This document shows positions 50,147 through 61,026 of a DNA stretch of 64,000 bases, piece by piece; the first letter of the stretch is position 1; each line of letters opens with the position of its first letter. Under the pieces are notes generated by a model. The model was not told the origin of the DNA. It made no database searches and saw only the letters and a list, made by a program, of their open reading frames with translations. The stretch spans positions 639,700-703,699 of the forward strand of contig CAVTJJ010000006.1 of the NCBI GenBank assembly GCA_963735035.1, written 5' to 3'. This DNA is from an uncultured candidate division Zixibacteria bacterium. Lineage in GTDB: Bacteria > Zixibacteria > MSB-5A5 > GN15 > FEB-12. Made by a program: the position numbers and the translations under genes.

Positions 50147-52282
50147 ATGATAGATAAACACGTTGCCACCATCGCCGCCGAACTAGGCATCCGCACCCAG
50201 CAGGTAACCGCTACGGTCAGGCTCCTTGATGAGGACGCCACGGTTCCCTTTATCGCCCGCTACCGTAAAGAAGCGACCGGCTCACTAGACGAAGTTGCTA
50301 TTACCGGTATTCGCGACGCATCGGCCAGCTTCGTGAGTTGGACAAACGCCGCGAAGCTATCCTGAAGTCACTGGACGAGCGGGGCCTTCTGACCGACGAA
50401 CTCCGGGCTGCGGTCGAGGCGGCTCCGAGCCTGGCCGTTCTGGAAGACGTCTATCTTCCCTATCGCCCGAAGCGACGTACGCGTGCTATGATTGCCCGCG
50501 AGCGTGGTCTCGAACCGCTGGCGGAATTGATTCTTCAGCAAGGGAACATCGATCCCTACAAGGAAGCCCAGGCTTTCATCAATGCCGAACTCCAAGTAAC
50601 GACAATCGACGAGGCCCTCGCCGGTGCGCGGGATATCATTGCTGAGTGGATCAACGAGGATATCGACCTTCGCGCTCGAATGCGGCAACTATTTGCTTCA
50701 ACCGGTCTGGTAAGTTGCCGGATTATCCCGGGGAAAGAAACCGAAGCGGCGAAATACCAGGACTACTTTGACTGGCAGGAGTTGATATCGCAGGCCCCCT
50801 CGCACCGGATTCTGGCCATGCGCCGTGGTGAAGCCGAGGGCTTCCTGCATATGACCATAGCCCCCGAAGAGGCTGAGGCTCTATCGATTGTAGAGGATGC
50901 CTGGGTGGATGGTCAGGGGCCGGCCTCAGAACAGGTTCGACTATCGTGCGAGGACAGCTACAAGCGTCTTCTTGGCCCGGCGCTTGAAACAGAGATTCGC
51001 CTGGATTCAAAGACGCGGGCCGATCTCGAAGCAATTCGCGTCTTCTCGCAGAACCTTCGCCAGTTGTTCATGGCCTCGCCGGTCGGACGCAAGAATGTGC
51101 TGGCCATCGATCCCGGTTTCCGCACCGGTTGTAAAGTGGTCTGTCTCGACCGTCAGGGGAAGCTGATGTCGCACACCGCCATCTTCCCTCATACGGGAGA
51201 CAAGGGACGTCGGGACGCCGCAGTCGAATTGAAAGCCCTCAGCGAGCAATATCAAATACAGATTGTGGCCATTGGAAACGGTACGGCCGGACGTGAAACC
51301 GAATCTTTTGTGCGGGAACTTGAACTTCCCGGTCATCCGATTATCGAGATCGTCAATGAATCGGGAGCATCGGTGTACTCCGCCTCCGATGTCGCCCGCG
51401 AAGAATTCCCCGACTACGACATTACCGTGCGAGGGGCAGTATCCATCGGTCGTCGTCTGATGGACCCGCTCGCCGAATTGGTAAAGATCGACCCTCGTTC
51501 CATCGGCGTTGGCCAGTACCAGCACGATGTCGACCAGACCTCCCTTCGTCAGAGTCTCGACGATACCGTAATGAGCTGTGTCAATCAGGTCGGTGTCGAA
51601 GTGAACACTGCCAGTAAACAGCTTCTGACCTATGTCTCCGGTATCGGCCCGGTATTGGCTGAGAATGTCGTCAAGCATCGCAGTGAGTATGGTCCCTTCA
51701 AGTCCCGAAAAGAACTCCAGAAAGTGCCGCGTCTCGGTCCGAAGGCGTTCGAGCAGGCGGCCGGCTTCTTGCGCATCGCCGACTCCCCGAACGTGCTCGA
51801 CCGAAGCGCCGTCCATCCGGAAAGCTACCATGTTGTCGAGGCGATGGCCGCCGAATCGGCCTGTACTGTGGCCCAACTGATACAAGCCGAGGATGTCCGC
51901 AGGACAGATCGATCTGGACCGGTACGTGACCGACAAAGTAGGGCTTCCCACCCTGCTTGATATTATTGATGAACTGGCTCGCCCCGGGCGTGACCCGCGC
52001 CAGGAATACACTCCGTTTAGTTTTGATCCTTCAGTCAAGACCCTCGAGGATCTCAAAGCCGGCATGCAACTGCCGGGAGTCATCACGAACGTGACGGCGT
52101 TTGGGGCGTTTGTTGATATGGGGGTGCACCAGGATGGATTGATTCATATCAGTGAATTGGCCGACCGATTCGTGAAGGATCCGGCCGAAGTAGTCCGGGT
52201 GCAGCAGCGAGTAACAGTGCGAATACTAGAAGTGGACCTTGCGCGCCGTCGCATCTCCCTCTCTCTGCGACAGCCGCGTTGA
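50147..52282 (+). CDS. tex: Tex transcription accessory protein, two frameshifts (about 50320 and 51905)
   Basis: TVPFIARYRKE.TG.LDE, EDVYLPYRPKRRT, IDPGFRTGCK, IGVGQYQHD and S1 domain FGAFVD.GVHQDGL.HIS, spread over three ORFs. Confidence 0.9.
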
Positions 52283-52302
52283 CGAAGACAATTTCGCGAG
52301 GC

Positions 52303-53347
52303 CTATTTCGTAAAGCTGAACTTTATCGCATCCGACGGGCAACTGCCGATACATTCACCACAACTGGTGCAATCAGGCGCGACCTTCGTTTTCTCATCGA
52401 TCAACTTGCCTATAGTCGGGCACGGGCTCTTAATCACACACACGCCGCAGCCGTTGCACTTGCTGTGATCGACTCGTATACGACCCGGAGCGATTCGTTC
52501 CAAAAGCCAGCTTAGAGCGCCAATCGGACAGGCGAGGTAACAAAACGGGCGGTAGAGCAAATAGCTCGAAGACAGCAAGACGAGAAACATTACCACCCAC
52601 TTCGTATCGATGGCCGCCCATTCCCAATGCAGGAGCTCGAAGAAGTTGATCGGATCGTAAACGCTGTACGCGGCGAACGCCCGCCACATCGGTTCCTGTG
52701 AATTGGCGCCGACCTGGTCGGCCAGCATGCCGATCTGTTCCTTCACCAGGAAGAATGTCAGGACAAACATCACCAGCAATCCCATGCGGATGGAATTGAA
52801 GGCTGTAAAGTTGAATTTCTTGAAACGAAGTTTCGACGGAATCTTATTGACGATCTCCTGCAACGCCCCCAGAGGACAGACCCAGCCGCAGAACAGTTTA
52901 CGTCCGATCAAGCTTGGAATAAAGATCGCCAGGAATATGACCACGAAGACCGGGAAGAATTCTCCCTGAGTGAACTTGAACATGAACAGCTTGGTAACAC
53001 CGCACATTGGGCTGGGATGTACCGGAACGAAGTAATCCAGTCCGAACACCACGAACATGACCACGATCCCGACGATCCGGACCCACAGATTTATCCACTT
53101 CCCCAGAAGCAGTACCAGGCCTACCGCCGCGAAGACAAAGAACAGGACATATTTCCACGTAAACAGGAAAGTCGAGCAGTCCGGGGGCGGTATCAGCCTC
53201 CCGCATCGGCTCGGCCGATGGAGCCCCGACCTGACCCTCGGACGGAGCCTGGGCAGTCTCTGCAGAATTGCTTTGCGCCAGTGCAGCGGTACAAACCGCC
53301 ATAAGGCACAGTACGATCAAGACCAAGATTCTGGATGAATACGACAA
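52303..53347 (-). CDS. Membrane polyferredoxin (NapH/RdxA/NosR C-terminal-like 4Fe-4S binding protein), frameshift near 53169
   Basis: FCGWVCPLG, FCYLACPIG, CNGCGVC..PCP, CTSCGECIGSCP; removing one T at GAC TTT C restores DFLFTWKYVLFF... Confidence 0.8.
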
Positions 53348-53555
53348 TTCGATTTTCTCCTGTCCGAGGCTAACCAATCATCTCAGGTACCAAAATGCAC
53401 CGATCCGGCCGAAAGTCAAGATGATTGAGAGGACCCCGGTTGGACAAAGACTTGCCAACTCGAAGACAATCTATTAGCCTGTTGCAGGTTAAGGGATTCT
53501 ACGAAATCGACCAGCCTGCCTTCAATCCCTTTCCTGATCCGTAACAGGAGGAAAG

Positions 53556-54560
53556 ATGAGTGTCCAAGGATTTGCGGCCAAAGGTCCGCGCGAAAAGCTG
53601 GTCCCGTTCGTGTATGATCTCGAACCACTCGGTCCCCACGATGTGGTTGTAGCTATCACGCACTGCGGGATATGTCATTCCGACATTCACTTGATCAACA
53701 ACGACTGGGGTATCACTCAATTTCCAATTGTTCCAGGACACGAAATCGTTGGTGTAGTTGAAGAAGTCGGGGCGGAAGTCACCAACCTGAGTGTCGGAAG
53801 CCGGGTCGGTATAGGCTGGCAATGTGGAGCCTGTCTCGACTGCGAATGGTGCTCCGGAGGAAACGATCACCTCTGCCCGGAAAGTCGTGCCACCTGTGTG
53901 GGGCGATTCGGTGGTTTCGCCGATACAGTCATCGCCGACAGCCGCTATACTTTCCCGATCCCCAACGGGATGGCTTCGGAAAACGCGGCCCCTCTTCTTT
54001 GCGGCGGGATTACTGTTTATTCGCCACTAGTACAAAACAACGTCCGCCCGCACATGAAGGTCGGTGTCATCGGCATCGGCGGGCTGGGACACTTGGCCCT
54101 GCAGTTCGCCAATGCTTTTGGTTGCGAAGTTACAGCGTTCTCATCAAGCGCCGCCAAAGAAGCCGAGGCGCGGGTTCTTGGAGCCGATCATTTCATTAGT
54201 ACTGCTGACCCGGAGCAGTTTGAAAGCGCCGTCGGCACCCAGGATTTCATCATAGTGACGGCCAATGTCGATCTCGATTGGCAGGCTCACGTCAATCTTC
54301 TCCGTCCGCGCGGACACCTGTGCTTTGTGGGCGCCGTCCCTAACCCCATCCAGATCCATGTCATGTCTCTGATCGTTGGCGGCAAGTCTATATCCGGCAG
54401 CCCGATTGGTAGCCGCAAGACCATTGCCGAGATGCTCGAATTCGCCGCCCGGCATGGGATCGAGGCGCAGGTGGAACTTATGCCGATGTATCAAGTCAAT
54501 GAAGCGATAGACCGGATCAGAGCCAACCAGGCCCGTTATCGTATAGTATTGAGAAACTAG
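53556..54560 (+). CDS. Zinc-dependent NAD(P)H aldehyde reductase/alcohol dehydrogenase (CAD family, Ahr/YahK-like)
   Basis: CGICHSD, PGHEIVG, C..C..C structural zinc site, APLLCGGITVY, GIGGLGH. Confidence 0.93.
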   Translation: MSVQGFAAKGPREKLVPFVYDLEPLGPHDVVVAITHCGICHSDIHLINNDWGITQFPIVPGHEIVGVVEEVGAEVTNLSVGSRVGIGWQCGACLDCEWCSGGNDHLCPESRATCVGRFGGFADTVIADSRYTFPIPNGMASENAAPLLCGGITVYSPLVQNNVRPHMKVGVIGIGGLGHLALQFANAFGCEVTAFSSSAAKEAEARVLGADHFISTADPEQFESAVGTQDFIIVTANVDLDWQAHVNLLRPRGHLCFVGAVPNPIQIHVMSLIVGGKSISGSPIGSRKTIAEMLEFAARHGIEAQVELMPMYQVNEAIDRIRANQARYRIVLRN

Positions 54561-54641
54561 CGTTCAGGATGAACAGAGACTTCTTCAATTGTAAAATTAT
54601 CGCAACAAATCCTTGACGGGGGACGTCTACTCACTTATTAG

Positions 54642-54659
54642 ATACCTACCGGTAGGTAT
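54642..54659. promoter_or_regulatory. Putative TetR operator
   Basis: Perfect 18-bp palindrome ATACCTACCGGTAGGTAT downstream of TTGACG (54613) and upstream of the TetR gene. Confidence 0.75.
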
Positions 54660-54690
54660 GTGCAATACTGGCCGGAGCGGAGAGATTAAT

Positions 54691-55308
54691 TTGGCCGCAA
54701 AGAAGTTGGCGAGGATAAAACAAAGCCCCAAACGACCTGCCGAGCAACGCCGCCGTGAGTTGCTCGACGCCGCTCGATTGCTGTTCATGAAGAACGGGTA
54801 TCGTGAAACTTCCATGGATCATATCGCCCGCGAAGCCGGTTTGACCAAAGGCGCCCTCTACTTTCACTTTACGAGCAAAGAGGATATCCTTTCTCAACTG
54901 GTCCAGTCACTGCATCATGAAGTGATTTCGAAGATTCTGGAATTGCCCCGGCGAAAGGCTAGCCCGGTTGACGTGTTGCGAATATTGCTGCAGGCTCAGA
55001 GTGACCTCGGCTCGGCACCGTTCGACCGTTTTCTCGACTTCTGGCTCCAGGCGGCCAAGATATCGCGCATTAAGAAATCTTTTTGCACGAGCTTTGATGA
55101 CTTCCACAAGGCTTTTACCGAGGTCCTCGATCCGCGCTATGCCGCGTCTCGTCGCGATCGCCACGACCTGGGCGTTATCGTGCTCGTAACGGCTGAAGGT
55201 TTGGCGGCGCGCAAAATGATGGGCGATCCCAGCATCAACTTTCCGCGGCAACTGAAGCTGTTTGCCGCGCTATTTGGTGACAAGAAGACAGCAACCAAGA
55301 GAGACTGA
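54691..55308 (+). CDS. TetR/AcrR family transcriptional regulator
   Basis: LF...GY..TS...IA..AGLTKGALYFHF.SKE HTH; TTG start after GGAGAG. Confidence 0.92.
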   Translation: MAAKKLARIKQSPKRPAEQRRRELLDAARLLFMKNGYRETSMDHIAREAGLTKGALYFHFTSKEDILSQLVQSLHHEVISKILELPRRKASPVDVLRILLQAQSDLGSAPFDRFLDFWLQAAKISRIKKSFCTSFDDFHKAFTEVLDPRYAASRRDRHDLGVIVLVTAEGLAARKMMGDPSINFPRQLKLFAALFGDKKTATKRD

Positions 55309-55311
55309 TCG

Positions 55312-56670
55312 ATGAAACCAATCTCTACCATTTTAGTTCGTATTGGGGTAGCCGGCTTTGGAGCATGGCTCTTCCTCATGCCGGCGCCCAGCGCCCGGAC
55401 TTTGACCGTTGAAGAAGCGCGTCAGATCGCCCTTCAATTCAACCGCGGCTACCTGCAGGCTCAGGAAGCTGTGCACATTGCGGACGCCCGAGTCATCTCG
55501 GCGCGGGCGGGCGCACTGCCGACGGTCAACATCAACGGTTCATATAACCGGAGCTTCAAGATACCGACGATATTCTTCCAGACGACCGATGCCGAGGGCG
55601 TGACCAGCACGATGGCGATCAAGACCGGTTTCGACAACAGCTACTCAGCGGGTGTGTCTTTGAGGCAACCGCTTTGGCAGGGTGGTAAAGTATTCGGAGC
55701 CTTGTCCATTGCCAAGGATTTCCACAAATATACGATTGCCGGTCAGGAGCAGGCCGAGGCTCAGGTTCTCTATAATTGTGACGTTCTCTTCTGGGGGGCC
55801 ATTCTACAAAGAGCCCGACTGGACGTATTACAGAAATCATACGAGGCCGCTACACATAGCTTAGAAGTGGTCGAAAAGCAACGCTCACAGGGGATGGTTT
55901 CTGAATTCGAAGTGCTTCGTGCCAAGGTCGAGAAATCTAATCTCGAACCTCAGATTCTGCAGGCTAAGTCCGACCAGAAGCTGGCCGACCAAAGGCTGAA
56001 ATCATTTCTCGGCTTCCCCCTCGCCGACGACCTGGAACTGCTGGAAGGAACATTGAACCCCTCTACTGACGGCCTACCGGCGCTCGATCAACTAACGACC
56101 CTCGCCCTCGACAAGAGACCAGAGATGCGGCAGGCCAATTTCGTGCGTGAGATGAGCCGCAAAGCGGTAGGCGTCGCCCGGGCGGATTACTGGCCGTCGT
56201 TTGATGCGGTCGCCGGATACGACTGGTCCGCGCAATCGGATCGTTTCACTCTGAAAGAGAATACCAGTCGCTCACTTTCAGCCGGGCTTATGATATCGTT
56301 TCCGATATTCCAGGGCGGTCAGACACGCGGTGCGGTCACTACCGCGGTCGCCGAGCATAATCAGGCCGTGCTGGGCGCGAAGCAAACCGAGGACGATATC
56401 CGCCTGGACGTCGAGCAGGCGTACGATCGGATGCTGCAGGCGAAGGAATCACTCGAGACTCAGAAGAACACGATTGCTCTGGCTGAGGAAGGTCTTCGCA
56501 TAGCCAACCTTCGCTACGAATCCGGAGTCGGAACCCTTTTGGAAGTACTCTCGGCGCAAGCGGCTCTTACGCAGGCGCGTGAAATTTTGGCCCAGGCGGC
56601 CTTTGCATTCCGTACCGCCAAGGCGGGACTTAAACTGGCAACAACTATTGATCTGGATAATTTGAAATGA
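55312..56670 (+). CDS. TolC family outer membrane efflux protein
   Basis: Signal peptide; two OEP repeats; RYESGVGTLLEVL.AQ. Confidence 0.92.
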   Translation: MKPISTILVRIGVAGFGAWLFLMPAPSARTLTVEEARQIALQFNRGYLQAQEAVHIADARVISARAGALPTVNINGSYNRSFKIPTIFFQTTDAEGVTSTMAIKTGFDNSYSAGVSLRQPLWQGGKVFGALSIAKDFHKYTIAGQEQAEAQVLYNCDVLFWGAILQRARLDVLQKSYEAATHSLEVVEKQRSQGMVSEFEVLRAKVEKSNLEPQILQAKSDQKLADQRLKSFLGFPLADDLELLEGTLNPSTDGLPALDQLTTLALDKRPEMRQANFVREMSRKAVGVARADYWPSFDAVAGYDWSAQSDRFTLKENTSRSLSAGLMISFPIFQGGQTRGAVTTAVAEHNQAVLGAKQTEDDIRLDVEQAYDRMLQAKESLETQKNTIALAEEGLRIANLRYESGVGTLLEVLSAQAALTQAREILAQAAFAFRTAKAGLKLATTIDLDNLK

Positions 56671-57719
56671 TGAGACAAAACTTGCTCTCTTTGGGAGCGC
56701 GGCTCGCGATGGGCCTGGTAATCGTCTTGCTGCTGAGTTCATGCAGCAAGCAACAAGCACAAACCAACAACGTGGAACGGGTCGTGGCTGTCAAGGCGAT
56801 GATCGTGCAATCGTCCGACCGTCAAGTAACCCGTACCTACACCGGCTCGCTGGAAGGCGAGCAGCAGGCGGTGTTGTACGCCCGGCTGCCTGAAGCCGTA
56901 AGAGAGATCGTATCGCACACGGGAAGTCGGGTCAAGGCTGACGATATCATTCTCACGCTGGACAAGTTCGGTCCGAGTTCGTCGTACTCGCAGGCGTATT
57001 CGGTGTACGAGAACGCACGCAAGAACTACGACAAGATGAAATTCCTCTTCGGTCAGGGCGCTATTTCGGAATCGCAAAACGACGGCGCCAAAACCGAATT
57101 CGAGGTTGCCGAGGCCCAATTTGAATCGGTTCGCCGCATGATCGAGATTCACACGCCGATTGCGGGAATCGTGACCTCGGTTAATGTCTCCCCCGGCGAT
57201 CTTGCGCAAGTGGGTCAGGCGCTGGCCACAGTCGCTACCACCGACAAATTGCGCGTAAAGATCCCGGTCAATTCCGATGATGTCGCTCTGGTCAAAGTGG
57301 GTGACAACGTCACGGTACGCACCGATGCGACTGGCGCTACTGCTGACGGTCGCGTGGTAAGAGTAGCGTCCTCCGCCGATCCGGTTACCCGCGCGTTCAC
57401 CGTGGAGGCTCTGATTGAAAACGGTGAAGGCTCCTTCAATCCCGGCATGTTCGTACATGTCGATTACATATTGCAGCAGTTGACCGGTGTACTGGCCGTG
57501 CCTCGCGAGGCGGTGCTCACCCTCGACGGTCAGCCTACCGTATTTGCCTCAGTAGGCGGCAAAGCAGAACAGAAACGCGTCGTCCTGGGACCAGAGATCT
57601 CCGGTTACGTGGTGGTCACTTCGGGACTCAAAGCGGGTGACACACTGATTACTCTGGGACAGGATTATCTGGAAAACGGACTGTCTCTCAACGTAACGGA
57701 ACTGAGCGCGAGCAAGTAG
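56667..57719 (+). CDS. RND efflux membrane fusion lipoprotein
   Basis: Lipobox LSSC; I.TPIAGIV, DPVTRAF.V, PGMF, GLKAGD. Confidence 0.92.
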   Translation: MMRQNLLSLGARLAMGLVIVLLLSSCSKQQAQTNNVERVVAVKAMIVQSSDRQVTRTYTGSLEGEQQAVLYARLPEAVREIVSHTGSRVKADDIILTLDKFGPSSSYSQAYSVYENARKNYDKMKFLFGQGAISESQNDGAKTEFEVAEAQFESVRRMIEIHTPIAGIVTSVNVSPGDLAQVGQALATVATTDKLRVKIPVNSDDVALVKVGDNVTVRTDATGATADGRVVRVASSADPVTRAFTVEALIENGEGSFNPGMFVHVDYILQQLTGVLAVPREAVLTLDGQPTVFASVGGKAEQKRVVLGPEISGYVVVTSGLKAGDTLITLGQDYLENGLSLNVTELSASK

Positions 57720-60700
57720 ATGAAGATATCAGACATATCCATACGTCGCCCGGTATTCGCGACCATGATGATTTCGGCCCTGCTGGTGCTGGGCTGGTTC
57801 TCGTACAATTCGCTCTCCGTCGAGATGTTCCCGAAGATGGACTTCCCCTTTGTGGTGGTTCAGACAGTCTACCCCGGAGCATCCGCCGAGACAATTGAAA
57901 CCGACGTGACTCGGAAGATTGAAGAAGCCATCAACCAGGTCTCGGGCATTCGCAATATGCAATCGACGGCCCAGGAAGGGTACACCCTGACGTTCATCGA
58001 GTTCAATCTCGAGGTGGACGGAAAGTTGGCGGCTCAGGACGTACGAGAAAAGGTCGCCGGCATTCGCGGTGACCTTCCAGAAGACATAGAAGATCCGATC
58101 ATCAGTCAGTTCGACGTCATGGGCAACTCCATGATGTCGATCACGGTGTCGGGTCGTCGCACCGAACGCCAGATCACACAACTGGTGAAGGACTACATCA
58201 AGCCGCGACTTGAAGCGGTTTCGGGGGTCGGATCCGTTGAAGTAATCGGCGGCAAAGAGCGCGAGATTCTGGTTTCGCTCAATCCGCAGTCGATGGAAAA
58301 CTACGAAGTCGCTGTGGACGATGTCCGTGGCGCTCTGATGATGTCGAATCTGGAAATCCCCGGAGGGCGAGTCAACGAATCCGAGCGAGAATATGTAGTC
58401 CGAGTGAAGGGGAAGCTGACTTCGGTCGATCAATTCAATTCTCTCGTAGTAAAGAACAATAAGGGTACCCCGGTCTTCCTCTCGGATATCGGCCGCGTGA
58501 TCGATACTATAGTCGAGCAGCGCTCCCTCGCCCGGTATAACGGCTCCGCCGCAGTGGCTATCGGCATCAAGAAACAGTCGGGCGCCAACGTAGTCGACGT
58601 GGCTCGGGACATCCGCACGACCCTCGATGCCCTTCGGAAAGAAGTACCGCCGGATGTCAAGCTGGATATCGTCAATGACGATTCGATATTCATCCAGGAC
58701 TCGATTCACGAAATCATTTTCAATATCGAATTCGGTACGATTCTGGCCGTACTGGTGATCTTCCTCTTCCTGCTCGATGTCAGGCCGACGATCATAACGG
58801 GGTTGTCAATTCCAATATCCGTAATCGCCACTTTTACGGCCATGAAGTTTCTTGGATTCACAATTAACTTCATGACCCTGCTGGGCCTGTCGCTCGCTGT
58901 AGGAATTTTGATCGATGACTCCATCGTGGTGGTGGAGAACATCTACCGTAAGATCGAAGAGGGTCAAACCCCGTGGGAGGCCGCGTTCTCCGGCACGCAG
59001 GAAATCGGGCTGGCCGTAATGGCAACTACGTTTTCTATCGTGGCGGTCTTCCTTCCGGTGGCATTCATGGCCGGTATTGTCGGACGCTTCTTCTTCCAGT
59101 TTGGTATGACGGTTTCGTTCGCCGTCTTGATTTCGTTGTTCGTGGCATTCACTTTAGTACCGATGCTCGCCTCGCGGACCCAAAGACCGCGCGAGGACGC
59201 CGACTATCTCGACCCGGAAAAGGCTCGGGGGTTGTGGCGGCTGTGGCTGCGGATTCGCAAACCGCTTAGCATCTGGGAACGGGCTTTTGAAGCCATCAAG
59301 CCGTTCTATATCGCCCTGCTGACGCGATCATTGAAACATCGAATCGTGGTGGCAGTGGTCGCCACTCTGGCTTTTGTCGTGGCCATCGGCATGGTCGCGG
59401 CCGGATTTCTCGGCACCGAGTTCATGTCCAGCGCCGATGAAGGCAAGATCTACCTAAGCGTGAAAACCCCGCCGGGGACAACGCTGCAGCAGACTTCCGA
59501 CCGCGTCGCTGAACTCGAAGGTATTCTCAAAGGATTGGTCGAAGTCAGAGCCACCTACGTTACCGTCGGCGGCACCAACACTCCGGTCACCGATGCGTCT
59601 GTGCTGGTCCTCCTGACCAGTACTCAAGAGCGATCCATTTCATCACAGAATCTGGTCGACTCCGTTCGCGTCCTTCTTTCTCATGTGCCGGGCGTCAAGC
59701 TGGCTGTATCCACCCAGCAGGGTGAAGGTGGCGGCAGCAAACCGGTAGAGCTCTCCATCCGAGGCGAAAATCGCGAGGAATTGGTCAAGCTCACTCACCA
59801 GGTCCAGAAGATCATGGCCGGCACACCAGGTTCCGCCGATGTCGACAACTCGCTCGAAGAAGGCAAGCCGGAGTTTCAGATCACCGTTGACCGCCAGGCC
59901 GCCGATGACCTTGGTGTGAATGTAATGAGCATTTCTCAGACGATTCGCAACCTGGTCGAAGGCGACGTCGTGACTCGATATAAAGAAGGTGATCAGGACT
60001 ATGATGTTCGCATCCGATTGGACGAACAATTCCGCAATTCGGAAGATGCAGTTGGCCGTATCATGGTGGCCAGCGGCAAAGACGTGGTCGGACGAAACAA
60101 ATTCCTGCTCCCGCTGAATCGGGTAACCAAGATCGAACGCGGTGTCTCGATCGGCCAATACGCCCGCTTCAATCGTCTGCCGGAAGTTCGCGTTAACTGC
60201 AACATCCGATCCGGGTACTTCTCCGGCACCATGACGGATGCAGTGCGGCTGCAAATTGACAGCCTTGTTCAGTTGCCCCCCGGATATTCCATCACACCGG
60301 TCGGCGAATATGAGATCATGGCTGAGTCTTTCTCGAATATTACCGCGGCGCTCGCTTTGGCGGTGATATTTATTTACCTATTACTCGCCTCTCAATATGA
60401 GTCGTTCTTCGACCCCATTTCAATTATGTTGTCGCTGCCGCTGTCGCTAATCGGCGCCATACTTGCGCTGGCGGCCTGGCGGTCATCGATCAATATCATG
60501 ACCCTGGTCGGTATCGTAATGTTGATGGGGCTGGTGACGAAAAACGCCATCTTGCTGATTGACTTTGTCAAACAAAGGCGTGAAGCCGGCATGGACCGGA
60601 CTGAAGCTATCTTGCATGCCGGCCCGATCCGACTTCGCCCGATCATGATGACCACGTTCGCCACGGTGTTCGGTATGCTGCCGCTCGCGCTCGGTCTTGG

Positions 60701-60884
60701 CCCCGGCGCCGAAATGCGCGCTCCGATGGCCCGTGCCGCCATCGGCGGTATCGTTTCTTCTACGCTACTCACGCTGGTGGTGGTACCGGTGGTTTATACG
60801 ATCATTGATGACTTCGTAGGTTTCTTCCGCCGCAAGAAGGCGACAGTAGTAACTGAGGCGGAAACGGTAAAGCCGATGGTCTAA
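57720..60884 (+). CDS. AcrB/AcrD/AcrF family RND transporter
   Basis: SIRRPVFA, GILIDDSIVVVENI, KNAILLIDF, RLRPIMMT. Confidence 0.95.
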   Translation: MKISDISIRRPVFATMMISALLVLGWFSYNSLSVEMFPKMDFPFVVVQTVYPGASAETIETDVTRKIEEAINQVSGIRNMQSTAQEGYTLTFIEFNLEVDGKLAAQDVREKVAGIRGDLPEDIEDPIISQFDVMGNSMMSITVSGRRTERQITQLVKDYIKPRLEAVSGVGSVEVIGGKEREILVSLNPQSMENYEVAVDDVRGALMMSNLEIPGGRVNESEREYVVRVKGKLTSVDQFNSLVVKNNKGTPVFLSDIGRVIDTIVEQRSLARYNGSAAVAIGIKKQSGANVVDVARDIRTTLDALRKEVPPDVKLDIVNDDSIFIQDSIHEIIFNIEFGTILAVLVIFLFLLDVRPTIITGLSIPISVIATFTAMKFLGFTINFMTLLGLSLAVGILIDDSIVVVENIYRKIEEGQTPWEAAFSGTQEIGLAVMATTFSIVAVFLPVAFMAGIVGRFFFQFGMTVSFAVLISLFVAFTLVPMLASRTQRPREDADYLDPEKARGLWRLWLRIRKPLSIWERAFEAIKPFYIALLTRSLKHRIVVAVVATLAFVVAIGMVAAGFLGTEFMSSADEGKIYLSVKTPPGTTLQQTSDRVAELEGILKGLVEVRATYVTVGGTNTPVTDASVLVLLTSTQERSISSQNLVDSVRVLLSHVPGVKLAVSTQQGEGGGSKPVELSIRGENREELVKLTHQVQKIMAGTPGSADVDNSLEEGKPEFQITVDRQAADDLGVNVMSISQTIRNLVEGDVVTRYKEGDQDYDVRIRLDEQFRNSEDAVGRIMVASGKDVVGRNKFLLPLNRVTKIERGVSIGQYARFNRLPEVRVNCNIRSGYFSGTMTDAVRLQIDSLVQLPPGYSITPVGEYEIMAESFSNITAALALAVIFIYLLLASQYESFFDPISIMLSLPLSLIGAILALAAWRSSINIMTLVGIVMLMGLVTKNAILLIDFVKQRREAGMDRTEAILHAGPIRLRPIMMTTFATVFGMLPLALGLGPGAEMRAPMARAAIGGIVSSTLLTLVVVPVVYTIIDDFVGFFRRKKATVVTEAETVKPMV

Positions 60885-60905
60885 AATTAGCAATCATAGT
60901 CCTAT

Positions 60906-60940
60906 GTCCAGGGCGAGTCGCTACAACGACTCGCCTTGAC
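60906..60940 (+). terminator. Stem-loop after the RND operon
   Basis: GGCGAGTCG-ctacaa-CGACTCGCC hairpin; weak U tract. Confidence 0.5.
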
Positions 60941-61026
60941 TTTGTCTGATAATCCGGTATATTGCTTGCTATGTGGCAAGGCATCGACGCCACATCGCAA
61001 ACGTAGTACTCGCATAGGTTTACTTC

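Noticed and set aside
50147..52282. tex as a pseudogene or programmed frameshift
   Set aside because: Single-base indels without slippery motifs, intact residues, and part of a regional error trend
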